Sequence record: SRR22947727_3624
Length of the DNA: 33,139 nucleotides
Direction: 5' to 3' (one strand)
Below the pieces are notes generated by a model that saw only the letters and a program-made list of their open reading frames with translations, did no database searches and was not told the DNA's origin. How positions within the stretch are numbered: position 1 is the stretch's first letter; each line of letters opens with the position of its first letter. Shown piece by piece: positions 10,685 through 20,223 of this stretch. The position numbers were made by a program, and so were the translations under genes.

Positions 10685-11728
10685 TTAGAAGTTCTCCAGC
10701 CCAGCCATTTCAGCCAAACCAAACATCAAATTGAAACTCTGAATAGCCTGACCGCCGGCACCTTTACCGAGATTGTCCTCCGCACTTGAAAGAATCAGGC
10801 GATTCGTTCGAGTATCAATTACCCAGCCAATGTCAATAAAATTGGTCCGCGTCACATTTTTTGAGTCGGCAAAGACACCTTCGCCGAGAACCCGGACAAA
10901 GGCTGAGCTGTCGTAACAAGACAGCGCATCAGCAATTGCGGCCGAATCCGTTCCCGATTCGAGATTCACGAAGGTCGTAGTGACGATGCCCTGATTCACC
11001 GGCATTAAATGGGGAACAAAGCTGATTTTGACAGTCTCTCCAAAAGCGAGCGACAATTCCTGTTCGATCTCCGAAACATGGCGATGCTTGGGCGCGCCAT
11101 AAGCTCGAAGGCTTTCGTTGACTTCCACGAATGAAAATGCGGTGTTCGACGTTTTCCCTGCGCCGCTGCTTCCAGACAGGCTGGAAATATTGATCGTCGT
11201 CGGATCAACCAGCTTGTTTTTTAACAGCGGAATCAATGGAAGCAAAATGCTTGTTGGATAGCAACCCGGTGAAGCAACTAAGTTTGTGTCACGAATTGCA
11301 TCGCCGTGAATTTCAGGTAGTCCGAAGACCGATTCCGAAAGCAGCTCCGGTGCGGAATGATCTCCGTAGAAATCTTCATAAACTGCCAGATCGTTGAGAC
11401 GAAAATCAGCACTGAGATCAATCACCCGAATGCCCCGACTTAATAAGGGGCCGGCAAATTCATACGCCACGCCATGCGGCAACGCCAAAAATGCGGCCTT
11501 CGCCCCCGTTGCAACAATCGAATCGATATCGGGCTCCATGAACTCAAGCTGATCGACCGAACGCGCTCCGCGAAATCGTGGAAAAACTGAGTCGACTGAA
11601 TTTCCAGCTTCCTTCCGCGAGGTGATCGCGGCGATCTCAACAGCCGGATGCATGATCAGCAGACGGAGCAATTCCTGCCCCGTATAGCCGCTTGCACCGA
11701 TGATTGCGATTTTGATTTTTTCACTCAT
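10685..11728 (-). CDS. argC: N-acetyl-gamma-glutamyl-phosphate reductase
   Basis: Motifs GASGYTG, LALPHG, IDLSADFRL, SPGCYPT, SGSSGAGK, HRHVSEI and DNLGKGAGGQA. Confidence 0.97.
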   Translation of the reverse strand: MSEKIKIAIIGASGYTGQELLRLLIMHPAVEIAAITSRKEAGNSVDSVFPRFRGARSVDQLEFMEPDIDSIVATGAKAAFLALPHGVAYEFAGPLLSRGIRVIDLSADFRLNDLAVYEDFYGDHSAPELLSESVFGLPEIHGDAIRDTNLVASPGCYPTSILLPLIPLLKNKLVDPTTINISSLSGSSGAGKTSNTAFSFVEVNESLRAYGAPKHRHVSEIEQELSLAFGETVKISFVPHLMPVNQGIVTTTFVNLESGTDSAAIADALSCYDSSAFVRVLGEGVFADSKNVTRTNFIDIGWVIDTRTNRLILSSAEDNLGKGAGGQAIQSFNLMFGLAEMAGLENF

Positions 11729-11818
11729 GGGACCGCGAATTTCGACGAATCATCCAAAAGCGCAACGGCGACCTTTTTAGAATCGACGAATCCTGAAAGG
11801 CACTCCTATTATAATTAA

Positions 11819-12444
11819 ATGGAACCCACTCCCGCCATTCAGGCTTTCAACGATCAGGCGCTTCGGTATTCCCAGGAATTGGACACGGGCGCTCGAAGCG
11901 AAGTTGAAAAGAAACAAAGAAACTTTGGGAAGAATATGGAGCTGAGACGACCGCGCTGATTGTCGACATGTCTGGATTCACGAAGCTGACCGATTCTCAT
12001 GGAGTCGTTCATTATTTGTCAATGGTCCGCCGGATGCAGCTGACAGCAGAGCCCATTGTCAAAAGCTACAGAGGTTCAATCGTGAAATTCGAAGCCGACA
12101 ACGCTTTCGCACGATTTGAAAATCCGGCAAACGCCATTCGGGCAACCATCGCGCTGAATCTAGCGCTCGATTCCGCAAACCTGCTGACACCCGACGAACC
12201 CGACATCTACATTTCGGCCGGGATCGATCATGGAAAATGCCTGTTCCCCCACCCTCACGATTTTTTCGGGAATCCGGTCAATCGTGCCAGCAAACTCGGC
12301 GAAGACATCGGGAAGCCCGGGCAAATTCTCGTAACGAAAAATGCGATGGAAATGGTGCCCGACAATTTAGAGATCAAAGCCAATCCGGTTTCTGTAGAGT
12401 TTGGCGGAAAGAAGGAGCAAGGGTTTTCGGTGCAATTTAAGTGA
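11819..12444 (+). pseudogene. Class III adenylate/guanylate cyclase domain protein, frameshifted
   Basis: The frame from ATG 11819 is broken by an 8-bp tandem duplication, aaagaaac (11908-11915 and 11916-11923). Removing one copy gives EVEKKLWEEYGAETTALIVDMSGFT...VKFEADN...GIDHG...DFFGNPVNRASKLGE. Confidence 0.85.
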
Positions 12445-12518
12445 TCACAAATCGACGCAGTGGGCGTCAGCAATCTGAAAAGGTTGGTTCGAAAACCACC
12501 CTATGCTAGCCTCCTGCC

Positions 12519-13466
12519 ATGAAACACCTGCTCGTTCTTGCCCTTTTTGTGCTCACTCCAATTGCTCAGGCACAGACTCCGGCTCCAATTCAGGTTGAGA
12601 CGTTCACTTACAAAACTGTTGGTGATCTCGAAATCAAACTCGACGTGCATCGGCCCGACGACACTGAAATTCGACCGCTTGCGATCTGGATTCATGGCGG
12701 AGCACTCATCAATGGCAGCCGCAAAGGAATCGGTCCTGCGCGCAGATTGCTCGATCACGGATTCTGCGTCGTTACGATAGGCTACCGTTTAGCCCCGGAA
12801 TCCAAACTGCCTGACATCATTTCAGATCTCGAAGACGCCTTTGTTTGGATTCGGAAGAACGGCCGGGAAAAGTTCAATGCCGACACTTCAAAAATCGCGG
12901 TCATCGGAGGTTCCGCAGGCGGATACATGGCGCTTACATCAGGATTCCGCGTTGATCCACCACCAACCGTTATCGTTGCCTATTGGGGATATGGCGATTT
13001 GGTGACCAGTTGGATGACCGATCCCAGCCCGCACGCTAGCCATAAGAATCGAACCCCGCTTTCTGACACCGAAATGGCCAAAATCGAAGCGGGCCCAGCG
13101 ATTTCCGATCCAGCAAACCGCAAAGGAGACGGCAGCGCATATTACGGTACGACTCGGCAACAAGGCAATTGGGCAGAAAAAGTCGCCGGATTTCCTGAAC
13201 CCGAAGTCGAGAAATTTTATCCGTATATGGCCGTAAAAAACGTGACGCCCAGCTATCCTCCAACACTTCTCATCCACGGAACCGAAGATACCGACGTGCC
13301 TCATTTACAATCCGAAATGATGGTCCGCGAATTCAAGAAACACGGGGTGGAATACGAGTTCATCTCAGTCAACGGCGGCGAACACGGGCTGGCGGGAGCA
13401 AAACGTGAAGATATCAATGCCGCTCACGAAAAGCTCGTGCCGTTCGTTTTGAAATGGATGCGATAA
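12519..13466 (+). CDS. Secreted alpha/beta hydrolase (HSL-like esterase/lipase)
   Basis: Signal peptide, IHGG, GGSAGG nucleophile elbow, HGTEDTDVP and GGEHG. Confidence 0.92.
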   Translation: MKHLLVLALFVLTPIAQAQTPAPIQVETFTYKTVGDLEIKLDVHRPDDTEIRPLAIWIHGGALINGSRKGIGPARRLLDHGFCVVTIGYRLAPESKLPDIISDLEDAFVWIRKNGREKFNADTSKIAVIGGSAGGYMALTSGFRVDPPPTVIVAYWGYGDLVTSWMTDPSPHASHKNRTPLSDTEMAKIEAGPAISDPANRKGDGSAYYGTTRQQGNWAEKVAGFPEPEVEKFYPYMAVKNVTPSYPPTLLIHGTEDTDVPHLQSEMMVREFKKHGVEYEFISVNGGEHGLAGAKREDINAAHEKLVPFVLKWMR

Positions 13467-13497
13467 GGCCTTTTAATTCGGCAAAGGCACTATCAAC

Positions 13498-14403
13498 TCA
13501 CGCCAAAGGATCAAGCTCAGGCTTGAAATCAGCCGCGTGATACGAGCTACGCACCAATGGCCCGGACGCAACATGACGGAATCCCTTTTCAAGCGCGATT
13601 TCCTTGTAGCGGTCAAAGGTCGCCGGCAAAACGTATTCAACCACAGGGAGATACTTCGGTGAAGGCCGCAAATACTGGCCAAGCGTCAGCACGGTCACAT
13701 CGTGATCGCGAAGATCATCCATCGCATTGAGCAATTCCGGCTCGCTTTCCCCAAGACCCAGCATGATGCCGCTTTTCGTCGCGCAGCGGTAGCCCATTTC
13801 GTTGGCCATTTCGCGAGCACGCTTCAGCACTTTCAGCGAACGCCAGTATTCCGCTTTTGATCGCACAACTGGCGTCAGGCGTTCGACCGTCTCCAAATTG
13901 TGATTAAAAATACGAGGCTCCGCTTCCATCACGACCCACAGCGCGTCGTCTTTTCCGATAAAGTCAGGAACCAACACCTCGATCACTGTGTCTGGATTCA
14001 CTTCGCGCACTTTATAAATGACGTTCGCAAAGTGACACGCCCCGCCATCAGGAAGATCATCTCGCGCAACAGCGGTGATGACAACATGATTCAGATTCAT
14101 CCGCTTAACCGCTTCGGCCACACGATCGGGTTCATCCGCCTCCAATGGCATCGGCTTGCGCGTATCGACGGCACAAAATCCACATGCCCTAGTGCAGCGG
14201 TCACCCGCGATCATCAACGTCGCAGTTCCCTGCTCCCAGCACTCCCAGCGGTTGGGACATTGAGCTTCTTCGCACACCGTCACCAGATTCAGATCCTGAA
14301 TCATATCCTTGGTATCCCAGAAAACCGGGTTCGTTGGCAGCTTCACCCGAATCCAGGACGGTTTCTTTTCGATGTGAAGGGATGGATCAATCTTAACAGG
14401 CAT
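13498..14403 (-). CDS. lipA: Lipoyl synthase
   Basis: CEEAQCPNRWEC (CX4CX5C), radical SAM motif CTRACGFC, HNLETV, GQYLRPS and RSSYHA. Confidence 0.98.
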   Translation of the reverse strand: MPVKIDPSLHIEKKPSWIRVKLPTNPVFWDTKDMIQDLNLVTVCEEAQCPNRWECWEQGTATLMIAGDRCTRACGFCAVDTRKPMPLEADEPDRVAEAVKRMNLNHVVITAVARDDLPDGGACHFANVIYKVREVNPDTVIEVLVPDFIGKDDALWVVMEAEPRIFNHNLETVERLTPVVRSKAEYWRSLKVLKRAREMANEMGYRCATKSGIMLGLGESEPELLNAMDDLRDHDVTVLTLGQYLRPSPKYLPVVEYVLPATFDRYKEIALEKGFRHVASGPLVRSSYHAADFKPELDPLA

Positions 14404-14577
14404 ATCAGTTGTGACGTGGTTACGAACAAACCCTATCTGGAAGGCGAATCAACCTGCCGAATCACAAAAATCGGGACATACTCACTTTGACGCAAACCGC
14501 GCCGTTTCCCGAGTTTTGAGATGCAGGTCACATTTTGCGCTTTCTACAAAATGTTGTCATGAATGGAAATGACAAAA

Positions 14578-14620
14578 CGAATCAATAGGGTTCGCTCGAT
14601 GAAACAACCCTGTTCGATCG
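14578..14620. repeat. REP-like palindromic repeat
   Basis: cgaatcaatagggtt...aaccctgttcgatcg is an imperfect inverted repeat of the same family as 31174-31216. Confidence 0.75.
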
Positions 14621-14721
14621 TAAAATAATGCCCCAGCTTCATACAAACCCCTACAAAAGGGGGCTGGCGGGAATTCCAATTTTCTGTATCCTACTTACGC
14701 AACCCTCAGTTTTGAGCAATT

Positions 14722-16122
14722 ATGAGCAGCCACGACCCGATTGATTCATTCGTAAAAGACGTCAAAGGGAGGCTGAATCGGTTTCGATTTCTTGATACCC
14801 TCTTCTGGGCGCTGCTGATTGTTTGCCTTGTCTATGTGATTCGCGGCTACGCCGTGCCAAAATTGTCCTACGGGATTTCGGCTGGTCTTCTCGCCGTCTC
14901 AACACTGGGACTTTTTGCGGTTCGTCGCTGGAATGGCGATGGCGCTGCCTCTTTTGCTGACCAGTTTTTCGGATTGAAAGACCCGATCGCAACGACCCAG
15001 CATTTTCGAAAGGAACATCGCGAGGGAGATTTTGTTGAGCTCCAGAAAAATTCCACCACAGCAAAAGTCGAGCCCCTCGCCTCGTCAGCGATTCCTTATG
15101 AAACGCCGGTTAAATTGATCGTTTCTGGATTGGTTATGGTTTTAGTATGCTCGTTGCTCGCATTCAAAGCTCCGGCGCCTCACATTTTGGAGAAGCAGCG
15201 GATCGAAACAGAAACCGCTGCGAAGACCACTGAGATCAATGAATTCCTCGAAGAGATGATCGAGGAATTGAAAAAAGAGTCGAATGAAGAGGAGTTAAAA
15301 ACGCTCGATCCTGAAAAATTGAAAGAATGGGTCAAGGAATTGGATGATACCAAGGACCGCAAAGAGGCAATGCGACAGTATGCGCAGTTAGAACGGAAAC
15401 TTCAGGAAGCAGCGAAGCGTCTCGATCAGCGGAAGAACGAGGAAATGCTGGCGAAAATCGGCAAAGAGATCAAAAAAGACGACGAAAACAAAGCCCTTGG
15501 CAAAAAACTTGAAGAAAAGAAGTTCGATGAAGCCGCTGAGGAGCTCAAGGCGATGAAGCCCAGCGAGCAACAGAAGGAGTTGAGCGAACAGCGCAAAGAG
15601 TTGGCTCGTCTGAAATCAGCAGCGCAGCGGATGGCTGCTGCGGCGAAGAACGCAAATCGTAAGAGCTCCTCAGCCTCGAATTCGGAAAAGGGAAACAAAT
15701 CCAATTCATCTGGATCGAAAAGTAAGAGCAAAGAAAGCTCCGGGAACAGCGGCGAAGCCCAGGGTTCGATGGCGCAAGGCTCTGAAGGTGCACTATCTAA
15801 CCACCTGGGCCAGCTTGAGAAATCCGTGAAGAAGCTCGATGAAGCCCTCAAAAATGCCGAGCTTCAGAAAAAGCAGATGGGCAAGTTGACCGACAACGGG
15901 AATACCACTCAATTGAAAGGCCAAAAAGGACATGGGCCAAGCATGGCCACCGTCGAATCTGCTGATGATGGAGATGGCGTCAGCAGTCGCCGGGCGGGTG
16001 CCGCTAAGCGCGAGTTCTCCGAACAGCTCGAGTCATTCGTTCAGCGTGAAGATGTTCCGGAAGATGTCAAAGAAGGTGTGAAGGAGTATTTCAAAAACAT
16101 CCACGGTTCAGAGGCTCAGTGA
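14722..16122 (+). CDS. Hypothetical membrane-anchored coiled-coil protein with Ser/Lys/Gly-rich region
   Basis: 466-aa ORF with three N-terminal hydrophobic segments, a long E/K-rich heptad region and C-terminal EDVPEDVKEGVKEYF. This type of protein is recalled from MoxR/vWA clusters of PVC bacteria. Confidence 0.8.
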   Translation: MSSHDPIDSFVKDVKGRLNRFRFLDTLFWALLIVCLVYVIRGYAVPKLSYGISAGLLAVSTLGLFAVRRWNGDGAASFADQFFGLKDPIATTQHFRKEHREGDFVELQKNSTTAKVEPLASSAIPYETPVKLIVSGLVMVLVCSLLAFKAPAPHILEKQRIETETAAKTTEINEFLEEMIEELKKESNEEELKTLDPEKLKEWVKELDDTKDRKEAMRQYAQLERKLQEAAKRLDQRKNEEMLAKIGKEIKKDDENKALGKKLEEKKFDEAAEELKAMKPSEQQKELSEQRKELARLKSAAQRMAAAAKNANRKSSSASNSEKGNKSNSSGSKSKSKESSGNSGEAQGSMAQGSEGALSNHLGQLEKSVKKLDEALKNAELQKKQMGKLTDNGNTTQLKGQKGHGPSMATVESADDGDGVSSRRAGAAKREFSEQLESFVQREDVPEDVKEGVKEYFKNIHGSEAQ

Positions 16123-16164
16123 GTTGGTCGCAGTGCGAAGAACTATCCTCAGCCTCGCTTAGTT

Positions 16165-16872
16165 ATGTATCCCTTCGACGAACTCTGTTCAGAAGAAGAT
16201 TATCCTTTTGCTTACCTCCTTGGAGTTCTCAGGAAGTCACCGAAGAAGTTCCTTCTCAACGCTGAATTCTTCACACAGGAATTTGACTGGCTTCATACGA
16301 TGGAGGATCAGGCCGATTCCCCAAAAGAGAGCATTTCGAAAGTTCATCTGTATAAGAAATTCGTTACTCCGTCGGCGCCCTTGACGATGACCCCATCGTG
16401 GTCACCGTTTCCCTTCACTTTTGAAATACTTCCGAAAGTAATCGCTCACGGGCGAACTGAAGAAAAAAGTGCCTCCGCATTTGCGATATGGGAGCCGGAG
16501 TTGGTCTCAACGGGAGAAAATCAGTTCCTTGTTGGGGAGGAGGAAGTCGTCTCGTTTACGGAATATGTTTCTGAATCGGACATCGACTTCGATGGAAATC
16601 TTGATGCCCTACATTTCTTCTGGCTCCTTCAGATGACAGTCGAAAGAGCCCAGTCGATGAACAGAAAAGTGATTTTGGCAGGGTGCCCAGGCTGGTCATA
16701 TAAATCCGCAGTTAAAAATCCCATGCCGCCTCATTCTCGAGTCCGGCTTTTGCAGGCTGGTTATCTTTACCCCGAGCGAATTCCCTACGCAGCACGTCGA
16801 AATAATAAACCCGTCCCAGATGACGAATTGTCGGGTGACTCCACCGATTCGCAGATTCGCCATTTGGGCTGA
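16165..16872 (+). CDS. Hypothetical protein
   Basis: 235-aa ATG-initiated ORF with no competing long ORF and no recognisable motif. Confidence 0.5.
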   Translation: MYPFDELCSEEDYPFAYLLGVLRKSPKKFLLNAEFFTQEFDWLHTMEDQADSPKESISKVHLYKKFVTPSAPLTMTPSWSPFPFTFEILPKVIAHGRTEEKSASAFAIWEPELVSTGENQFLVGEEEVVSFTEYVSESDIDFDGNLDALHFFWLLQMTVERAQSMNRKVILAGCPGWSYKSAVKNPMPPHSRVRLLQAGYLYPERIPYAARRNNKPVPDDELSGDSTDSQIRHLG

Positions 16873-17243
16873 TCCAGAACAAAATCAAAGCTCCCCTATG
16901 GACGCGAGATCAATTGCCCGGACCTTTTTGATCGGCTGATCACAGAAACCTCGCGAAGAAAACGCCTAGCATTCATTAATAGTTTAAATTAGTTGATAAT
17001 CACACCGTTGCAATAGTCAGATAATACTTAGAAGTTGCGACTCCAAGGAATCACATTTAAAATACTTTACGATAAACACCACAAACACGATTTTGCGTAA
17101 AATTAGAATCATAAACCACAAGGTCAATGTATTAGGACAATTCAATCCTTGAAAATCTTTCCATTTAACACTTTCGACGCAGTGAAAAGCGTCTATGGAT
17201 TATCTCGAATCACGACCTAAGGTCACAGCACACTTTTCTCACT

Positions 17244-18176
17244 ATGCTCGCCTATTCCACCTGTTGGCTCAGTCATCGATACGATGACGGCTACCTCCTT
17301 GCCAAGGAGATGAAGTGGCATGACATCCGTTTACTAGAAATCAGTCACGGAACCAAAGTTTCACTACTCCCCGGCATTTTTAAGGCATACGAGGAAGGGT
17401 TGGTAAATATATGCGGTGTTCATAATTTCTGTCCTTCTCCGGTAGATGTCATGATCGATGCGCCGGACGCCTTTGAGTTTACGTCGCACCGCGAAAACGA
17501 GCGCCAGCGTGCCATCCGCCTCAGTATAGACTCGATCTACACCTGCGAGAAGTTCGGTGGTGAATATCTCGTAGTTCATTGCGGAACAGCTCCGATCAAG
17601 TCATATTCGAAAGAATTGGAAGCGATGGCCCTTGCCGGAGAGATCCATTCGCGCCAATACGTGAAGCTCAAACACGAGTTCATTCAGAAACGTCGTGAAA
17701 TCGCTCCAATTTATCTCCAGCGAGTCCGGGATGCACTGGACATCATTTTACCCCACGCAGAGGAAAAACGGGTTAAAATCGCCCTAGAGAGCCGAAGCCA
17801 CTACGAACAGGTTCCGACTGAGGAGGAAATGCTTCAGTTGCTCGACGAATACGATTCGCCCTGGTTGGGCTATTGGCACGATTTCGGACACGTTCAAAGA
17901 AAGGCCAACCTTGGCCTGCTCGATCATCATCAGTGGCTTGAGAGCGTTCACAAGCGACTCATAGGGTGCCATCTGCACGATACGATCTGGCCACACAAAG
18001 ATCATCACATCCCTTTTCACGGTTCGATCGATTACGATGCTCTGATGCCGTTCGTTCCGCAAAGCTTGCCACTCGTTTGGGAGCTGAATCCTCGACGGAA
18101 AACCAAGGAAATTATGGAATCCTGGAAAATCTGGGAGAAACGCTATGGCGGAACTTACGAGTGGCCTGAGAAGTAA
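17244..18176 (+). CDS. Sugar phosphate isomerase/epimerase (xylose isomerase-like TIM barrel, AP_endonuc_2)
   Basis: Metal-ligand pattern VHNFCP, VVHCG, ALESR, WHDFGH, CHLHD, DHHIPFHGSIDY and VWEL. Confidence 0.88.
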   Translation: MLAYSTCWLSHRYDDGYLLAKEMKWHDIRLLEISHGTKVSLLPGIFKAYEEGLVNICGVHNFCPSPVDVMIDAPDAFEFTSHRENERQRAIRLSIDSIYTCEKFGGEYLVVHCGTAPIKSYSKELEAMALAGEIHSRQYVKLKHEFIQKRREIAPIYLQRVRDALDIILPHAEEKRVKIALESRSHYEQVPTEEEMLQLLDEYDSPWLGYWHDFGHVQRKANLGLLDHHQWLESVHKRLIGCHLHDTIWPHKDHHIPFHGSIDYDALMPFVPQSLPLVWELNPRRKTKEIMESWKIWEKRYGGTYEWPEK

Positions 18177-18197
18177 TCACAATTTTATAGAATTATA

Positions 18198-18743
18198 ATG
18201 ATTGGTAAACTTTTCAAAGGCGCCGTAGGCGACATTCAGATCGTTTATAGAGTGCTTCAAACGGAAGGCCTTGGCCCGACCCTGCGTCTGATGAATTCCC
18301 GGGATGCTCCTGGGTTGGTTCAATTCGCGAAATACGGCATCTGCGGAGTAGCATCCGTCATCGTTATGACCATCATTGCGTTTTTGATCATACATAACGG
18401 CTTCCCCGTCAACATTGACGACAATGAAGGACTGACAGTCGCTGGCGCTCGGAGCAATTACATCGTCGCCGAATCAATTGCATTCATTTTTGCCAATTTC
18501 GTGGCGTATTTCCTAAACGCGTTGTGGGTTTTCACCTCTGGAAAGCACTCTAAGCTAAAAGAGTTTTCCATATTTACAGCAATTTCAACATTCTCATTTG
18601 TCGTAGGAATTATTCCCAGTATTTACTTGATCGGGCAGGCTGAGTCTCAAAAAGGTGTCGCCATAATTGCCCATGTTTTACTGATCGTTGTTTCCGCTCT
18701 CGTAAATTTCGCTTGTCGGAAGTTGTTCGTATTCGCCAAGTAA
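18198..18743 (+). CDS. GtrA family membrane protein
   Basis: Motifs VQFAKYGICG, AYFLNALWVF, KEFSIF and VNFACRKLFVF. Four TM segments. Confidence 0.88.
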   Translation: MIGKLFKGAVGDIQIVYRVLQTEGLGPTLRLMNSRDAPGLVQFAKYGICGVASVIVMTIIAFLIIHNGFPVNIDDNEGLTVAGARSNYIVAESIAFIFANFVAYFLNALWVFTSGKHSKLKEFSIFTAISTFSFVVGIIPSIYLIGQAESQKGVAIIAHVLLIVVSALVNFACRKLFVFAK

Positions 18744-18826
18744 ATCCAGGTAACCAAAAGCAATGTTTGGGTTTAATTCACCCAAGAATCAATCCATTAA
18801 AGCAATGGACAACCGACCGAAAAAGA

Positions 18827-18866
18827 CACAAAAAAACACGGTCCGTTTGGCCCGTGTTTTTTTGTG
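18827..18866. terminator. Bidirectional intrinsic terminator
   Basis: Perfect 15-bp inverted repeat cacaaaaaaacacgg/ccgtgtttttttgtg with A7/T7 tracts, between convergent genes. Confidence 0.85.
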
Positions 18867-18911
18867 AATCCAGGATCATAACTTCGATCCGATTCTGAAC
18901 GAAAAACGGGA

Positions 18912-19217
18912 TCAAATCCCAACATCTTTTGCTTCGCCTTTCGCCTTTTTAGGAGCCTCTTTTTTGGCTGGTTTGTCGGTGTGATCATCGCGCTTTGCAT
19001 CCCCTTCACGGCCATCCTTTTTGCCGTGATCATCGTGTCCTTTTTCGGCAGCATGATCTCCCGCATGTGGGTCGGAATGATCGCCGTGCCCATCTCCGTG
19101 ATCACCGCCATGTGGCTTAAATAGCTGGCTGGTTTCTTCAAAACTATGCCGCTCACAACCTACGATTCCGAATCCAGTTAGAGCCGGAGCAATCAACAAC
19201 AATCGAGAGAATTTCAT
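18912..19217 (-). CDS. Small His-rich lipoprotein
   Basis: Signal peptide with lipobox IVGC, then the His/Asp-rich tract HGGDHGDGHGDHSDPHAGDH and a Lys-rich tail. Confidence 0.75.
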   Translation of the reverse strand: MKFSRLLLIAPALTGFGIVGCERHSFEETSQLFKPHGGDHGDGHGDHSDPHAGDHAAEKGHDDHGKKDGREGDAKRDDHTDKPAKKEAPKKAKGEAKDVGI

Positions 19218-19528
19218 TCCATTTCGATAGTCTAACCCACAACAAAAGCAACTGATACCCGTTCAAATTTGGGAAAAAATTGGCAATTTTTCGTCATTTT
19301 CTCTTAATTTCGTTTATTATTTAGATGTCTTAACTAAATTTTGAATTCTTCATTTTTAACTTATTTGTATGCTACGCGCTTTTTAAAATCAATTTGGATC
19401 CAGTTACGTTGTGCCTACTTAATCGTAGCGCACTTCCAATTTTCATAAAAAATTCAAACACGCGAAAAACATAAAAGAATAAGTTGCACTCTTGCATACG
19501 GCTATGCTACACCTCTGGCAGAAAAATC

Positions 19529-20218
19529 ATGCCGAGACCTCCCTCCTTCTATCATCCTTTGCGTGATATCCGAAAATTGACGGACACAAAAACTCAGGCA
19601 GATTTTGCCGAGTTGGTAGGAGTTGCGGCACCCACGATCCAGGCGATCGAAAACGGAAAATTCGAGATCAGTCGAAAGCTCGCGTTGCGGATCGAGCGCA
19701 CGACCGGAGTCGACCATCGGGAACTTCTTAAAGGGTCTTCTGGGAAACCGCTTGCGGTTGACGGAAAAAAGTATTCTAGAGACTTCTACGAATGCTGGAT
19801 CGAGCAGCTCAATTCAGCCCCTGAAAATTCACTTTCAGGCAGCATGCAGCAACTCGGGTTTTGGACTCGACTTTTGATTCGCGCGGCGGGTAACGAATCA
19901 TCAAAAAATCGGCAACGCGCGTCGGTTGTTCACCTGCTCACGGAAGCCCTCGATTCCGTGTGCCAGGATTGTGATTTAGAACAAGCCGTAGAGCACCTTT
20001 TGACCCCCATGAAAAAGGTCGAATACCATGCATCAACTCCGAAGCGGTGGATCGAAGGATCAACCGAATTAGGCAAGAGTCTCGACACGATCGCACCACG
20101 ATTTCATCCCAGCGCACGCGTAGTGATCGCGATGGAGAGAATCCCCCGCTGGGCACCGGGTCATCCCGTTCCGGGAAATTTACTCGAAAATTCAGATAAA
20201 ACTTCCACCACTTCATAA
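19529..20218 (+). CDS. XRE/Cro-C1 family helix-turn-helix protein with extended C-terminal domain
   Basis: LRDIRKL..KTQADFAELVGVAAPTIQAIENGKFEISRKLALRI is an HTH_3 pattern. ATG 19529 is the likely start. It ends 5 nt before the tubulin ORF. Confidence 0.88.
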   Translation: MPRPPSFYHPLRDIRKLTDTKTQADFAELVGVAAPTIQAIENGKFEISRKLALRIERTTGVDHRELLKGSSGKPLAVDGKKYSRDFYECWIEQLNSAPENSLSGSMQQLGFWTRLLIRAAGNESSKNRQRASVVHLLTEALDSVCQDCDLEQAVEHLLTPMKKVEYHASTPKRWIEGSTELGKSLDTIAPRFHPSARVVIAMERIPRWAPGHPVPGNLLENSDKTSTTS

Positions 20219-20223
20219 CTTTA

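Noticed and set aside
16873-17243. AT-rich intergenic region as oriC, dif or sRNA
   Set aside because: No clustered DnaA boxes, convincing dif palindrome or structured RNA was recognised. It is probably a promoter region.
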